Source of the DNA: a virus
Direction: 5' to 3' (one strand)
DNA: 64,000 bases
IMG/VR virus record: IMGVR_UViG_3300009082_000018
Span: 1-64,000 of that record
This document shows positions 17,809-29,600 of this stretch, in pieces. Within the stretch, counting starts at the first letter, position 1, and the number at the start of each line of letters is the position of its first letter. The translations under genes and the position numbers were made by a program. The notes under the pieces are model-generated. The model did no database searches. It worked only from the letters and a program-made list of their open reading frames with translations, and had not been told where the DNA came from.

Positions 17809-19270
17809 TGTCAAAGAACTGGACGGTTCCGTAGTCGCGTCGTCTCAGCACATCATAGACGACTGGATAACGGATCGAAGAATGATGCCTTTGCTTGGTA
17901 TCATTCTGGACGTACATACTGCTGATCACAAAAACAACTTCTCAGCGCAACAGACGGCTGATCTTCGCGGTGTTCGTCACGAATGCACTATCCTGGCCAC
18001 CGACTACCTGGGCAAGCAGCCAGACATTCTCATCCCACACGTGATCATCACCCCTGCTAGACATTCAGGGATCGACAACTTCGACGAAGACCTGCCTCGT
18101 GGTTGTTCCAAGATGGTCGACGGATCAGTCTACGACACAGGCCTCAAGAACATCGACTACGCCAAACTCGATGGTGAGTGGTGCATGGTCGGTTTCGTTG
18201 GAGGAGCCTTCGAGTGCCCGTTCATCTTGTGCTGGTGGCCACACCCAGCCAATCGCTACGACCTTGCGACCAGTGGCTCTGGGTACAAGGGCAAAGCACT
18301 GGTACAGTACGATCCAAAGAAGGACAGATCCAGATTCCTGCGTCGGATCAATGGTACCTACTTTGCAATCAACAAACTTGGTAGCGTCTACTTGGACACG
18401 ACCGAGTCCAACTCCCAAGTCACTATCAAAGACGCGAAGGTCAAGAGAGAGCTGGTATCCAAGGGCGGTCACCTCCAGTTGGATATCGAGAAGAGTGCCC
18501 AGCTGGAGATCAATTTCAACGAAAAGGAGCACAAGGGTCCTAGGCTTGGCGCCGGCAGTACGAAGTCCGCTCCTGTCACTGATGTTGACCTTCCACACCC
18601 AGATCAACCCGTCACGGGTAGTCCGAAAGCCCGGTCTACCAAGCGTGGGTACCGACGGCAAAAGCAGTGGGAGACCTTTGAGAAGACTTCTAGATACGAT
18701 CTCTTTTGCGAAAACACAGAGGCTGAGGGTGACTCAGACAAGGGCAAGAAGGGGGAGGCCCTGCTCAAGGCTGAGGATACCATCTCAATCACGGTAGCCA
18801 AGGGAACTGACACAGGCACCATGATCAACATCGCAAAGGGCAAGATTCAGCTCTGGAGCGATGATGGAACTCAGATCAATGTACTTAATGACGAGGTGCA
18901 GCTCGTTACCAAAGGGGGTGGGTCTGTAGTTGTTAAAGGACAGGTCGTCACAGTAAATGGCCTGGTGAATGTTACCGGACCATTGTCTGTTGGTGGTGTT
19001 GGGGTTCCGACAATCTTGGGCACTCCGTTCCTGGCAGATCTTGGAGCGGACTACCTGGCAAAAGAGCTGGCATGCGCCACCACGACGCTGGCCCAGTGGA
19101 AAGCCCTGGCTGTAGCCAGCACAGGCCCGCTCGTGCCTCTCAAGGTGGCCTTTGAAGCAATGGCCACGGCCTGGGAGCTGTACAAAAACTCCATCCAGGC
19201 CTACATGACCAAGGCAATTCTACCACCGGCAGCCAACACATACCTGGCGAAGAACACGACTACCACATGA
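17801..19270 (+). CDS. Baseplate spike (gp5/gpV-like) protein
   Basis: GEWCMVGFVGG...PFI OB-fold motif and C-terminal beta-repeats; start placed at ATG 17801. Confidence 0.6.
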   Translation: MDDVKELDGSVVASSQHIIDDWITDRRMMPLLGIILDVHTADHKNNFSAQQTADLRGVRHECTILATDYLGKQPDILIPHVIITPARHSGIDNFDEDLPRGCSKMVDGSVYDTGLKNIDYAKLDGEWCMVGFVGGAFECPFILCWWPHPANRYDLATSGSGYKGKALVQYDPKKDRSRFLRRINGTYFAINKLGSVYLDTTESNSQVTIKDAKVKRELVSKGGHLQLDIEKSAQLEINFNEKEHKGPRLGAGSTKSAPVTDVDLPHPDQPVTGSPKARSTKRGYRRQKQWETFEKTSRYDLFCENTEAEGDSDKGKKGEALLKAEDTISITVAKGTDTGTMINIAKGKIQLWSDDGTQINVLNDEVQLVTKGGGSVVVKGQVVTVNGLVNVTGPLSVGGVGVPTILGTPFLADLGADYLAKELACATTTLAQWKALAVASTGPLVPLKVAFEAMATAWELYKNSIQAYMTKAILPPAANTYLAKNTTTT

Positions 19271-19662
19271 TCTGCCCGCTTTTCCCACCGCTTCCTATTC
19301 TCTCGCTGAACATCCCAGCGATACCGTCGATCCCTTCGTTGCCTACTCTTCCTATGATCCCTATTCCAACGTTGCCGTCGATCAACCTAGAGATCCCACC
19401 GATCCCGTTGCCTCCGATTCCTGTTCTCTCGCTGAACATTCCAGTGATCCCATCGATCCCTGCGTTGCCCACGCTTCCAACAATTCCGATCCCGACACTC
19501 CCGTCGATCAATCTAGAGATACCACCGATCCCACTGCCGCCGATCCCAATATTGGCAATCAACATTCCAGTGATCCCATCGATCCCTGCGTTGCCCACGT
19601 TACCCACGCTGCCGGACTTGTCATTGACGTTCCCGTGTCCGACCGTGGAGGAGAAGCTGTAG
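19267..19662 (+). CDS. Pro/Ile/Leu-rich repeat protein
   Basis: ATGA overlap with the spike gene; abuts the next gene. Confidence 0.6.
   Translation: MICPLFPPLPILSLNIPAIPSIPSLPTLPMIPIPTLPSINLEIPPIPLPPIPVLSLNIPVIPSIPALPTLPTIPIPTLPSINLEIPPIPLPPIPILAINIPVIPSIPALPTLPTLPDLSLTFPCPTVEEKL
19294..19612 (+). repeat. 126-bp (42-aa) tandem repeat, about 2.5 copies
   Basis: TCTCTCGCTGAACAT recurs at 19299 and 19425. Confidence 0.85.
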
Positions 19663-21639
19663 ATGGCTGACACCAAGGCTCTTGTCCTAAGAACATCTAC
19701 TCCAGCGGCCACTGTAGAGCGCCGGTTCTGGGCTACAGCAACCAGTGGCAAGATCCTTGGTTTGAGCTATTCCGGAAGCTCTGGTGTAGTCCTGTCCAGT
19801 GCCTACTCGATCTACCTTCTTGATCTGGCCACGAACTCGATCATGAATGTCCCTGGGTTGGACCCAGCTGGTAGGACGAATGAGGCGTTGTATCAGTTTC
19901 CTATGGCTCCTCAGCAGTACGAATGCACAGAGCCAGCCTCTACGGTGATCACTCCTACTCAGGAGGGAGGGAAGTTCGTCGAGAGTCAAGGAAGTCTATT
20001 CAAGGACATTAGGATCGGAGGTACGGTAGGGTTTCGTCCCAATCCAGCGTCTACAGAATTGATCCCGGGTCTTGGTAAGGCTACGGGAGTGCAGTTGACA
20101 ATGCCGGGTGCCCTGCAGCAGTTGTTCAATGATGAGAGAGGGTTGTCCCCGGATGAGGCCACCGGCTTCGACGACATCATCTTCTTGCGCAACATATTCA
20201 GGGCCTATTGGGATTTCAAACAGAATCCAGACACGGCCCGAAGGGTTGCCCTGGTGTGGATCTACGCCAAGGAGTCCGAGTCGTGGGTCGTGGAACCGAT
20301 GTCGTTTGTCACAAGTAGGGAGTCCAGCAAGCCATTGAGCTGGACCTACCAGATTCAACTGAGGACTCTCTATCCTTTGGGCTACACGTTTGTAGTAGTT
20401 GACGATGCTCTCGGATTCTTTGGAGGTCTTTCCAAGTTCCTCGGAGCCGTTCAGACACTGACAAAGGCGATCAAGGATATCGGTAAGTTCTTCAACCAGC
20501 TGTCCAGCCTAGTCAACTACATCGTTCGTCTTCCGTTCAAGCTTGTCAACGACATCATCGGAGGTGCCCTTTCTGTGATGTCGTCATTGTCTGATCTGAA
20601 AAACAGCTTGGATTTCTCGAATCTGCCAAAGCAGACCTGGGAGAAATGGGGATCAGACCTCAGAGAGGCCTACTATATCATGACCGGCGTGTCGAACACG
20701 TCGACGCCAACGGCCCCTCCGACAAGCAGCATCAACCCAGCTCCGAAAGACGCACCCGCGAATAATCGTGGTGCGACTGGGCAAGAAGGTAGAGACGGGG
20801 AAGCAGCTAAGGTGATCCGTGATGGTCTTCGTACTTTCAACTCCCTGATCACCAGCAGTTTGCTATGGGCGCAGAGCAAACAGGTACAGGTCAAGGACTA
20901 CTCATCGGCCTATCTGGATGAATTTGGTGAGCCTCCTCTCACCGCCGGTTCTCCTCTCAATGTTTCTAACATCACGGTACCGGAATCGGCCAAGCAAGTG
21001 ATCATTGAGGGAGGCGAAGACCTGCGAGCGATTGCAAAGAGGCTTCTCGGAAACGAAGCCTTGTGGAAGCTTCTGGCGATCCTAAATAATCTCAAGTCTC
21101 CCTACATTGCTGCTGTGAGGTCTCCTGGCGTGTTGACGTATGGAGATCCTATTCTGATCCCGAAATCTGCTGATGGAATTGAGGCACAGAGTGGAGTTGC
21201 ATCCACGACCAATACTGATGCAGCTTTAGAGGCTCTAGATCCGGTCATGAAGCGATACGGGCGAGACATTCGTCTGATATCCGTGAGCGATGATGGGGAA
21301 GCAGATCTAGGTGTCAACCAGCGCGGTGATTTCGATACGGTAGACGGAGTGGACAATGTCCACCAAGCAGTGATGATCAAGTTTTCAACAGAGCAGGGTG
21401 AACTGGCGACCCATCCCACGTTTGGGGCAAAGTACGCCATCGGTACGAAGTTCCCTTCGTTGGCCAAGTTGCAAGAATTCTCTCTCAATGCACAGAGGAC
21501 GCTGCGCCAGGATCCGCGTGTTGAAGAGATCACTGAATTTGGGATCAAAATCTACGCAGACCAGGTCCAACTCAAGGCGAAAGCTAGGCTACGTGGGGCG
21601 GATGTGCAGCTCCCCGTGTCTTTTCTGGTGAGGAGATAG
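19663..21639 (+). CDS. Baseplate protein: tube-initiator/LysM-like region fused to gp25/W-like domain
   Basis: GEDLRAIAKRLLG...W..LAILNNL (LysM-like); GDFDTVDGVDN...GELATHPTFG...DPRV (gp25-like). Confidence 0.7.
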   Translation: MADTKALVLRTSTPAATVERRFWATATSGKILGLSYSGSSGVVLSSAYSIYLLDLATNSIMNVPGLDPAGRTNEALYQFPMAPQQYECTEPASTVITPTQEGGKFVESQGSLFKDIRIGGTVGFRPNPASTELIPGLGKATGVQLTMPGALQQLFNDERGLSPDEATGFDDIIFLRNIFRAYWDFKQNPDTARRVALVWIYAKESESWVVEPMSFVTSRESSKPLSWTYQIQLRTLYPLGYTFVVVDDALGFFGGLSKFLGAVQTLTKAIKDIGKFFNQLSSLVNYIVRLPFKLVNDIIGGALSVMSSLSDLKNSLDFSNLPKQTWEKWGSDLREAYYIMTGVSNTSTPTAPPTSSINPAPKDAPANNRGATGQEGRDGEAAKVIRDGLRTFNSLITSSLLWAQSKQVQVKDYSSAYLDEFGEPPLTAGSPLNVSNITVPESAKQVIIEGGEDLRAIAKRLLGNEALWKLLAILNNLKSPYIAAVRSPGVLTYGDPILIPKSADGIEAQSGVASTTNTDAALEALDPVMKRYGRDIRLISVSDDGEADLGVNQRGDFDTVDGVDNVHQAVMIKFSTEQGELATHPTFGAKYAIGTKFPSLAKLQEFSLNAQRTLRQDPRVEEITEFGIKIYADQVQLKAKARLRGADVQLPVSFLVRR

Positions 21640-21641
21640 TT

Positions 21642-23465
21642 ATGGCATTCCAGCCTCGCAACTTCGAGCAGATCCTCACGGACATGATTGCCCACATGAG
21701 GGCAAACACCACGGTGACGGATTACACTGTTGGTTCTGTGGCCAGGACTCTTCTCGAGGCGTGTGCCCTGGAAGACGATGAGCAGTACTACCAGATGGTC
21801 ATGCTGCTCGACGCTTTCAGGATTGCCACCTCGTCTGGAACCGATCTAGACGAGCGGGCGGCCGACTACAACCTCACTCGATTGGCTGCGTCATCATCCA
21901 GTGGTGAGGTAACAGTCCAAGATGGATCGTTGGTCACTAGCACATTGAAGTTTGATGTGACTTCTGGATCACCAAAGACCGTCTCCCTTGTAGACTCCAG
22001 CGACTTCCCGACAACGCCTCCCAACTTCACTGTTCGTATTGGGGAAGGAACCCCTCAAGTAGAGGATTGCACAGTCACGCTGCACAACCCTACTCTTGGA
22101 ACCTTCTCAGTATCTACTCTGCTAAACAACCATGAGGCAGGCGAGAGAATATCCAAACTAGGAGCTGGAGTCAGGACGATCAATTCTGGTCTTCAGGTGC
22201 AGGTACCAGCAAAGGGTAACAGCCCCGCTGTCACTTTTATCTCTACACTCAAGGTGACCCTGGCTGATGGAAACTACGAATCGTCTCCAATATCGATCCG
22301 AAGCAACAGCACTGGCAAGACCACGAATGTTTCTCCTACGCAGATCTCCCAGTTCCAGGGGTCAGCCCCATTCACTGGAGCTACTGTTACCAATAAGAAG
22401 TCGACATCAGGTGGCCGAGACATCGAAACAGACGATGAGTTCAGGGCTCGCCTGTTGCGCCGAATCAGAGAGTTATCTCGAGGCACTGTCAATGCTATCG
22501 AATCGGCCGTCATCGGAACCACGGACGCCACCACAGGTCGCAGCATTGTTACTTCCAAGATGCGGGAGGACTTCTCTGATCCGTTCAACAATGTCATCTA
22601 CGTCGACGATGGGACTGGGTTCACCCCGACAAAGACCAACATGGCCCAAACGTCCCTCAGTGCCCTCCATCTAGCTGGCGTTACGACGTTGAATGTCAGC
22701 TCAGTCAGCAATTTCCCAGACAGTGGATACGTGCTGATCGACGCCAATGGGGCCTCGGCTGAATACGTCAAGTACACCAGTCTCGGTCCTGGAAACGTGA
22801 TCAATCTGGCGTCATCAACGGCGAATGGCCATGCCAGCGGGCAGACGGTTCGACTGGTTGATGTGGTTGGCGTAGCCGAGGACGCTCAGAACTTCTTCCA
22901 GCTTCCAAATTGGCCCGTGCTTGAGAACACATTGGAGCTGTACGACAACGATTCAGGATCATTTGTTCGAAGAACAGAGAAGACTGAGTTCTACGTCAAT
23001 CGGACCAACGGGGAGATCCAGTACCTGGGGACAGGCCTGAACGCCGGCACGGTGGTTCTGTCCCATTGCTCCTTCTACACTGGTCTTATGGCACAGGTCC
23101 AGAAGGTGATCACGGGTGATCCAAACAACCGATCCAACTACCCCGGCGTGGTAGCCGGCGGTATTATGGTCCACGTTGGAACACCGATCATTCGTCGGAT
23201 TTCGGTTACTGTCACGATCACGGCCAAGAACGGGTACGACGAGATTCAGCTGCGGGGAGAGGTTCAGCGAGACGTCGAATCCTACATCGATGGTCTACTG
23301 ATCGGGGAGAATGTGTATCGTTCCAAGATCATCGAGAAAGCAGTGAGAATCACAGGTGTGGAGAACGCCGTAGTGACGTACCCTACGGAAGACCTTGTGA
23401 TCTTGGAAAATGAATTGCCTACTCCCTACGACATCAACGGCAACAGCCTGGTGACGGTGATCTAA
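21642..23465 (+). CDS. Baseplate J-like wedge protein
   Basis: FEQILTDM...GSVARTLLEA, GTDLD, GGRDIETDDEFRAR. Confidence 0.9.
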   Translation: MAFQPRNFEQILTDMIAHMRANTTVTDYTVGSVARTLLEACALEDDEQYYQMVMLLDAFRIATSSGTDLDERAADYNLTRLAASSSSGEVTVQDGSLVTSTLKFDVTSGSPKTVSLVDSSDFPTTPPNFTVRIGEGTPQVEDCTVTLHNPTLGTFSVSTLLNNHEAGERISKLGAGVRTINSGLQVQVPAKGNSPAVTFISTLKVTLADGNYESSPISIRSNSTGKTTNVSPTQISQFQGSAPFTGATVTNKKSTSGGRDIETDDEFRARLLRRIRELSRGTVNAIESAVIGTTDATTGRSIVTSKMREDFSDPFNNVIYVDDGTGFTPTKTNMAQTSLSALHLAGVTTLNVSSVSNFPDSGYVLIDANGASAEYVKYTSLGPGNVINLASSTANGHASGQTVRLVDVVGVAEDAQNFFQLPNWPVLENTLELYDNDSGSFVRRTEKTEFYVNRTNGEIQYLGTGLNAGTVVLSHCSFYTGLMAQVQKVITGDPNNRSNYPGVVAGGIMVHVGTPIIRRISVTVTITAKNGYDEIQLRGEVQRDVESYIDGLLIGENVYRSKIIEKAVRITGVENAVVTYPTEDLVILENELPTPYDINGNSLVTVI

Positions 23466-23466
23466 A

Positions 23467-26400
23467 ATGACATCCACCAAGTCCGCCATTCGAGAGTGCC
23501 GAGACCAGCTCTTCCTGGACAGATCTGTTGGCAACTATCTGTCCAGGGTTGGGTCGAACTTGAGCATGGACCGACCTCAGCTTGGCTACCACAACGATAG
23601 CTTGTGGCGGGCCGTGGTGCGTCGTGGAGCCGTCGACTACTTGCAGATTGCCAACCTGTTCCGGGATTGGCTTGATGTTGTGTTTGGACCTCGAGTCACG
23701 GTGACGTCGGTTCTTTCTCAGACGACAGCGGCCTATGACGAATTTCTGATGATCGCTGATCCAAAACGACTTCCGCAGCGTGGGACAGTCGTTGTCAACG
23801 AGGGTTTGGTGACAGAGCAGACTTGGCTCTACACCTTCATCGATCCGCTCACCGGAAAGATGGACCTTTCGGGAGTGTTGAGCGACGTCATCGATCCGGA
23901 CAGCAACAATGCCTTTGGGACATTGCTGTCTGATGCCTTGATCGGAGCCACCTCACTACAGTTGTTGCTATCTCAGGCTGCTGCCTTTCCCACGTCTGGC
24001 TTCCCAAAGACTTTGCTTCTGGATGCTGGAACAGCTAGCGAAGAGGTGGTTACCCTAACCGGCCATGCCACGCCAGACAGTGCGCTGACGGTTTCCGCTC
24101 TGACCAAAGACCATTTCGGCCCCACTTCGTCGCCCGTGACCACTAGGTTCAAGCGATCTGAGGAGGGTGGCCAGGTCATTTTCGTTGTCGACTCTTCTTC
24201 CTTCCCCAAGGAAGGGTTGATCAAGATCATTGACAACGGATTTGGATCCACAGAGACCGTCGAGTTCTACAACAACGATCCGGAAAACGGCATCCTCTAT
24301 CTTCGAACAGCGATCACCAATTCCTACACCACTCTCACCACTCCGGTGACATTGATGAGAACTGGCTGCACAGTGCAGCTTGCACAGCTTCAGGTCAAGG
24401 GAGTCGGCTGGGAGGTGTTCCAGACAGAGCCACGCAAGATTCAGATCTACATCCCCAAAAGCATCGTGGAAGATCGATTGATCGATGCATCTTTTCTGCA
24501 TGGGGATTTTTCATCGATTCCAGCTAGCAGCTTGGCCGCCAATGCCAGCATTGGCGATTCACTGGTCATGGTCAACAACGGTCAGGACTTTCCGGTTGCC
24601 GGAAGTGTAATCATCGGTATTGGCTTTGGATCAGAAGAGAAGAGGAGTTACTGGCGTATCGGTGACTTTGATACAAGAATTTCAGCACGACCGGTCAGGG
24701 CAACAGGCACTCTCACAGTCGTTGCTCCTGGGTTGATCTCTGATGGAGAGACCTTCACCCTCAATGATGGGTTGAATCCTCCTCGTGTCTTCGAGTACGA
24801 CAAGACGGGTGCCTGGACCCCGGCCAACGTCAGAGTGAACATAGCTACAGCTGTGACGGTACAGGATGTCCGCGACGCGACACTTCTTGCGATCAACACG
24901 GCATCATCGCTTGACATGTCTTCCACAGTTCTGACCGTCAGCCAGTTGTCGTTGCGCAACTATCATTACGGAACAACAGGAAATCAGACCCAGTCAGACA
25001 CGGTAGCTGATCTAGGATTCATTCTGACCAACATGACGGGTGGTGTAGACGGAATACCTGTTGGAACGTCTACTCTCTACGTCGATAGTGCCATGACAAT
25101 CTGGGAAGCCAGGTACATGACCAAACAGCTTCTCATTGGTCGCGGTACTGGCACACCTGAGGTTGTGATCTGGAGTTCCATTGATCTGCAGCACAACACG
25201 ATTCAATTAGCCAGCCCAACAACGCTGCTGCACAACGACCTGGACTTCTGCGAGGTCTATCCCAAGAACCAGTTCAACCTCAACGTACCGTTGTCGAATG
25301 CTCACTTGGCCCTTGATGGTGTGCAGCTAGTTCACGATCAATACCCAGCAACCGATCTGGAGCTTGGTGATCCTACTGTTGCACCGACTAGTGACGACAC
25401 TAGGTACCGAGGTCACTACGTCTACTACCCAGGCAACTCGGCTCGCCGCAACAACATCGCGTCGGCCAACTTGTCAGAGCACCTTGCTGGGCCCGTGGGT
25501 TTGATTGTGGATGCTGTGTCGGGGTACACGTCTCTTGAGGTGCCAGATGCGGCTCTATTCGAGAGCACTGGAGCCTTCAGTGTCACCATTGGAAGAAAAC
25601 GAGGATCTACTGAATCTGTAGAGACATCAGGTGCCGCTGTTTTGGGAACCACTATGGTCACGCTGCCGGCGGTAGCGGTTCCGATTGGTTCCACGTCTGT
25701 TGCTTTGAGCCTTGGAGACGGGTTGCTGTTCCCCAAGCCATCCGGAGGGGCCCCCTACGGCTACCGTCTTGAGCTTGACGTCAACAACGTCACCGGGAGG
25801 TCTCTGATCGGTGTCCGCGAGGTGATTGGAGACACGATTTACTTCGAGACACCCACCACGGTTGGCTACGTGGGCGGCGAGACAATCCGTCTGAAGTCTG
25901 ACGTGATCTTGCTGTCAGCACCGTTGGCCAACAAGCATCTTGGCAAAATCCCGTACACCAACAGATTGAGCCTGACCCCAGGTAGCCTGTTGTCACCGGA
26001 CAAGGTTCACCTGGTGGAAGAGCTACGGACCTATATCACGGTCACGTCGATCACCGATATGCCAACTGTGCTTGGCACAGTGATCTTCAATTTCGGTACA
26101 GGCTCAACTCCTGTTGAGGGGCGCACCAAAGTTACCCTTACAGCAGGGGGCGTCAACGCCGATCTTGACGACACGTCCCGGTTCCCAACTGGCGACTTCA
26201 TGATCGTAATAGGATCAGGATCGAAGCGAGAACGCCGGCACGTGAGCAGCAACAACGTGGGTCTGAACAGGCTGATCTTGAGCAGTGGTGCTGACTACAC
26301 CCACGAAAAGTGGACACAAGTACAGTTTGATCCGGGAGACCAGACCGAGGTAAGCTACGATGCCACGGTGACCTTGGTTGGTCCTATCAATCGACTTGTG

Positions 26401-26598
26401 TTCAACGAGGGAGTCTACCTGCCGGCGCACTTCCAGAAGAATCTGCCGGTAGTAGCAAAAGCCAAAGAAAGCGAACCTTCTGACTACGGGACCGACTACC
26501 CGCTCATCCTCTGGGGAGGATGGGACACCCAGCTGCGATTTCTGCTAGACTGGGGCCGGGCTGCTGGCGTTCAGGTAGTCGTCATCACGGACAAGTAG
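23467..26598 (+). CDS. Large baseplate wedge (gpI-like) protein with repeated beta-domains
   Basis: Follows J; ends RAAGVQV; recurring DSSSFP-type modules. Confidence 0.65.
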   Translation: MTSTKSAIRECRDQLFLDRSVGNYLSRVGSNLSMDRPQLGYHNDSLWRAVVRRGAVDYLQIANLFRDWLDVVFGPRVTVTSVLSQTTAAYDEFLMIADPKRLPQRGTVVVNEGLVTEQTWLYTFIDPLTGKMDLSGVLSDVIDPDSNNAFGTLLSDALIGATSLQLLLSQAAAFPTSGFPKTLLLDAGTASEEVVTLTGHATPDSALTVSALTKDHFGPTSSPVTTRFKRSEEGGQVIFVVDSSSFPKEGLIKIIDNGFGSTETVEFYNNDPENGILYLRTAITNSYTTLTTPVTLMRTGCTVQLAQLQVKGVGWEVFQTEPRKIQIYIPKSIVEDRLIDASFLHGDFSSIPASSLAANASIGDSLVMVNNGQDFPVAGSVIIGIGFGSEEKRSYWRIGDFDTRISARPVRATGTLTVVAPGLISDGETFTLNDGLNPPRVFEYDKTGAWTPANVRVNIATAVTVQDVRDATLLAINTASSLDMSSTVLTVSQLSLRNYHYGTTGNQTQSDTVADLGFILTNMTGGVDGIPVGTSTLYVDSAMTIWEARYMTKQLLIGRGTGTPEVVIWSSIDLQHNTIQLASPTTLLHNDLDFCEVYPKNQFNLNVPLSNAHLALDGVQLVHDQYPATDLELGDPTVAPTSDDTRYRGHYVYYPGNSARRNNIASANLSEHLAGPVGLIVDAVSGYTSLEVPDAALFESTGAFSVTIGRKRGSTESVETSGAAVLGTTMVTLPAVAVPIGSTSVALSLGDGLLFPKPSGGAPYGYRLELDVNNVTGRSLIGVREVIGDTIYFETPTTVGYVGGETIRLKSDVILLSAPLANKHLGKIPYTNRLSLTPGSLLSPDKVHLVEELRTYITVTSITDMPTVLGTVIFNFGTGSTPVEGRTKVTLTAGGVNADLDDTSRFPTGDFMIVIGSGSKRERRHVSSNNVGLNRLILSSGADYTHEKWTQVQFDPGDQTEVSYDATVTLVGPINRLVFNEGVYLPAHFQKNLPVVAKAKESEPSDYGTDYPLILWGGWDTQLRFLLDWGRAAGVQVVVITDK

Positions 26599-26607
26599 GA
26601 GAGGACC

Positions 26608-29600
26608 ATGCCGAAGGCACTCTTGACCCACGCAAATGAGCGGATTGACAAGGTCGATCTGGACTTCGCAGCGCTATTTGGTCGGAATACCACCAACATG
26701 GCGATGAGGAAACTGATCCTAGATCAACAAGACCGACTCGTCAGTGGGTTCCGTGTGGAGCTTCCCGATCAGACAAGCAACCCGGGTCGAGTGGTCATTC
26801 ACGGAGGCTATGGTCTGGACCGAGATGGTAATCTGATCTTCAATGAAGCCCAGATTGACATCACCAGGGACATCATCCTGGAAGGATCCAACACGACCTT
26901 CTATCTCGAGGTTGAATTCTTCGAGCCCATCTCTGACGTTGATGCCAGGGCCTTCTGGGATCCAACGGTTGACCAGGGCACAGATCCATCCGGCGACCCA
27001 AAGCCTTACGGCCAGGAGTTCTTCGCCAACGTGGCAGCACGGAAGACGCCAGACTGGCGCATCGTGCAGCCCGTTAGCACGACCGGATTCCAGAGAGACG
27101 CTGGCGGCACAGTGTCCTCTACCAGGATTCCTCTGCTCAAGGTAGCAACAGACGCGCTCAATGAGATCACCTTGGCTGTCAACGTTGGCCTGGCTGTTGG
27201 CCCCGCCAGCACCATTCTTCTTGAACGGATTTCGTCTACTGTGCTGAGAGTGCAAGAGGCGTCGTTTTTCTTCGCTGGCCATCTTCTGACCGTTGACTAC
27301 GGTGGGGCGGGAGCTGAGACGGCCACCATCGCTACCGTTGATCCAGAAACCGGTGTTGTCACTTTGACAGGTGCTCTGATCGGAACTCCGGCGCCTGGAG
27401 CGATCATCCGAGGTGACACTGGGGCTACCCAGTTCATCGAAGAGTCCAAGGTTGGCCGCTACCGCCGGCCTTCTGAGACCAATGTCATCGACTATCGAGA
27501 TCGGATGTTTCAGGGCGACGAGGTCCACGGCGACATTCTCAATCGTGGTCATGACTCGATCACGGACAAAACAGACCTGAATCTTCGATCTTTGAAAGAT
27601 TATGTCGACTATCTGTCGGCGCAGATCGAGGACATGAAGTGGGGTTCCCACAATCCATGGGATGCTGGGCTTGCCGCAACACGCGTTCCTCCTGGTCTCC
27701 AGACTGCTTTGCCTACAGTTCCAAGGCACTACCACAAGTCTGGTGGGATCATGGGTGCCCGCACAGCAGCAATCACTGTGGGCGATGGAGTGAACTCGTG
27801 GGGTGACTTCAATGGAAACTTGGAGACCGCTCTCCAGGCTGCTCACGATGCTCTTCCAGCATCCGGTGGGCGGATCTTCCTGAAGCGTGGGGTCTACGGT
27901 CTTGCGAATGACTTCGACTGGACTAGCACTGGATCAGTAGTGCTAGAGGGAGAAGAGGGAACCCAGATCGTCCTTGGTGGTGGAAAGATCCATATCGCAA
28001 CCACAGGTTCTGTGACTCTCAAGAATCTGGCTATCTACGGATTCACAACCTACATTGGAATTTTGGTGGATACTGCGAATCCTTCTGGGTTCGTGATGCA
28101 AGATGTGTTTTGCCAGGATGCCGCATTCAATTTGAATGCTGTGCTGCCTGGGACCTCGACGTTTCGTAGGGTGTGGTTTTGGGGCACTATCGGTGCTATG
28201 GCCTCGATCCCGTTGTTCAAGATCACGGGAGCGAATGGTACGATCAGTGGTACCTTCACGGAATGTGATTTCAACCACCTTACGATGATCTCGTTGTCCT
28301 GTAGTCTCATCGACTGCATCAATGGTGCTCCAACAGCAGGTTTGTCAGCGGTCAACTTTCAGGACTGTAGCTTCGCATCTGCGTTGCTGAACGCTGAGAG
28401 CATCCACCTCGGTAACTCTGGAAACATCATCCACTTCGATCGATGTTTGTTCTGGTCGTGGTTGACAGTGGTCCACGTCCGCATGACAGGTGGAACGAAC
28501 GTTAAGTTCACCAACTGTGTAGGTATGGACAACTTTGCTGGCTTCCTGGCAGCAGAGAATGTCGATCATCTCGAAGTGAGTGGCTACCTGAACAACAACG
28601 CTGTGGCCTTCCCAGTGATCGATCTGTATGACTGCAGTGGAGTCAAGATCGTCGACGGTGATTTTGCTGTATCGTCTGGCTCGTCATTGGGAAATGCTTG
28701 CATCAAGATCACCAGTCAGAATGAGAGCCTTGAAGACATCTTGATCGAGAGCAACTCCATGACAGGGCCTAGTGGAGCCAACCAGGCCCTAGGCATTCTG
28801 TTCGTGCTCAATTCAGCTGCAGCACGAACAATCGGCAATGTGAAGATCATCGACAACGACTTCACCAATGTCGAGGCAGGGGTGTACTTCGCCAATCCTC
28901 TCTCCGCTGCAGTTGGTATCTACCGGAACGTCATAATCACTGGAAACGAGTTTCGTGGTAGCACAACAGGCGTAGCAGCAGACAGCCTGAAGGTTGGTCT
29001 TCTCTTTGGAGATCGATCTCAACGGCAGACGGTGACCATCAGTGACAACATCTTTGACGGCGTCAATCCGGATACCACGACGCTTGCTGGAGGCATAGCC
29101 AATAGATCAGCAATCTGCATCTTGGGGACCAGCAATTACCAGTTCCGGATCAGTGGAAACCAGATCTACAAGGTGGGTGCCACTGGGTTCGAGATTGCGG
29201 ACACATGCGGAATCTACGCTACTCAGCTTGGTCTGAGCACCATTGTCGACAATGTCATCCAGACAGTGATTGGAGTCGCAGGCTTCGGAATCCGCATTGT
29301 TACAGACATCTCGAATTCCAAGATCAGTGACAACGTCATCTTTGGATGCACCTCCTCGGGTGGCTCCGGCCTCCAGAGCTACGGGTGGGGAATCCAAGCA
29401 GAGTCCGCTCTCAATGTCACTATTACTGGAAATGAGATCGGAGCCTGCTACGGGTCTGGTATATTTGGAATTGCGATCGGAGGCTCTTCGTCCACAGGAA
29501 GCTGGGTCAACGTTTCCATTACAGGAAACACAGCAACAGGAACGTTCGCTGCCCAGCTACGAATGGTGAACCTAAGTGCTCAGACCGTTTCTGGCATCAC

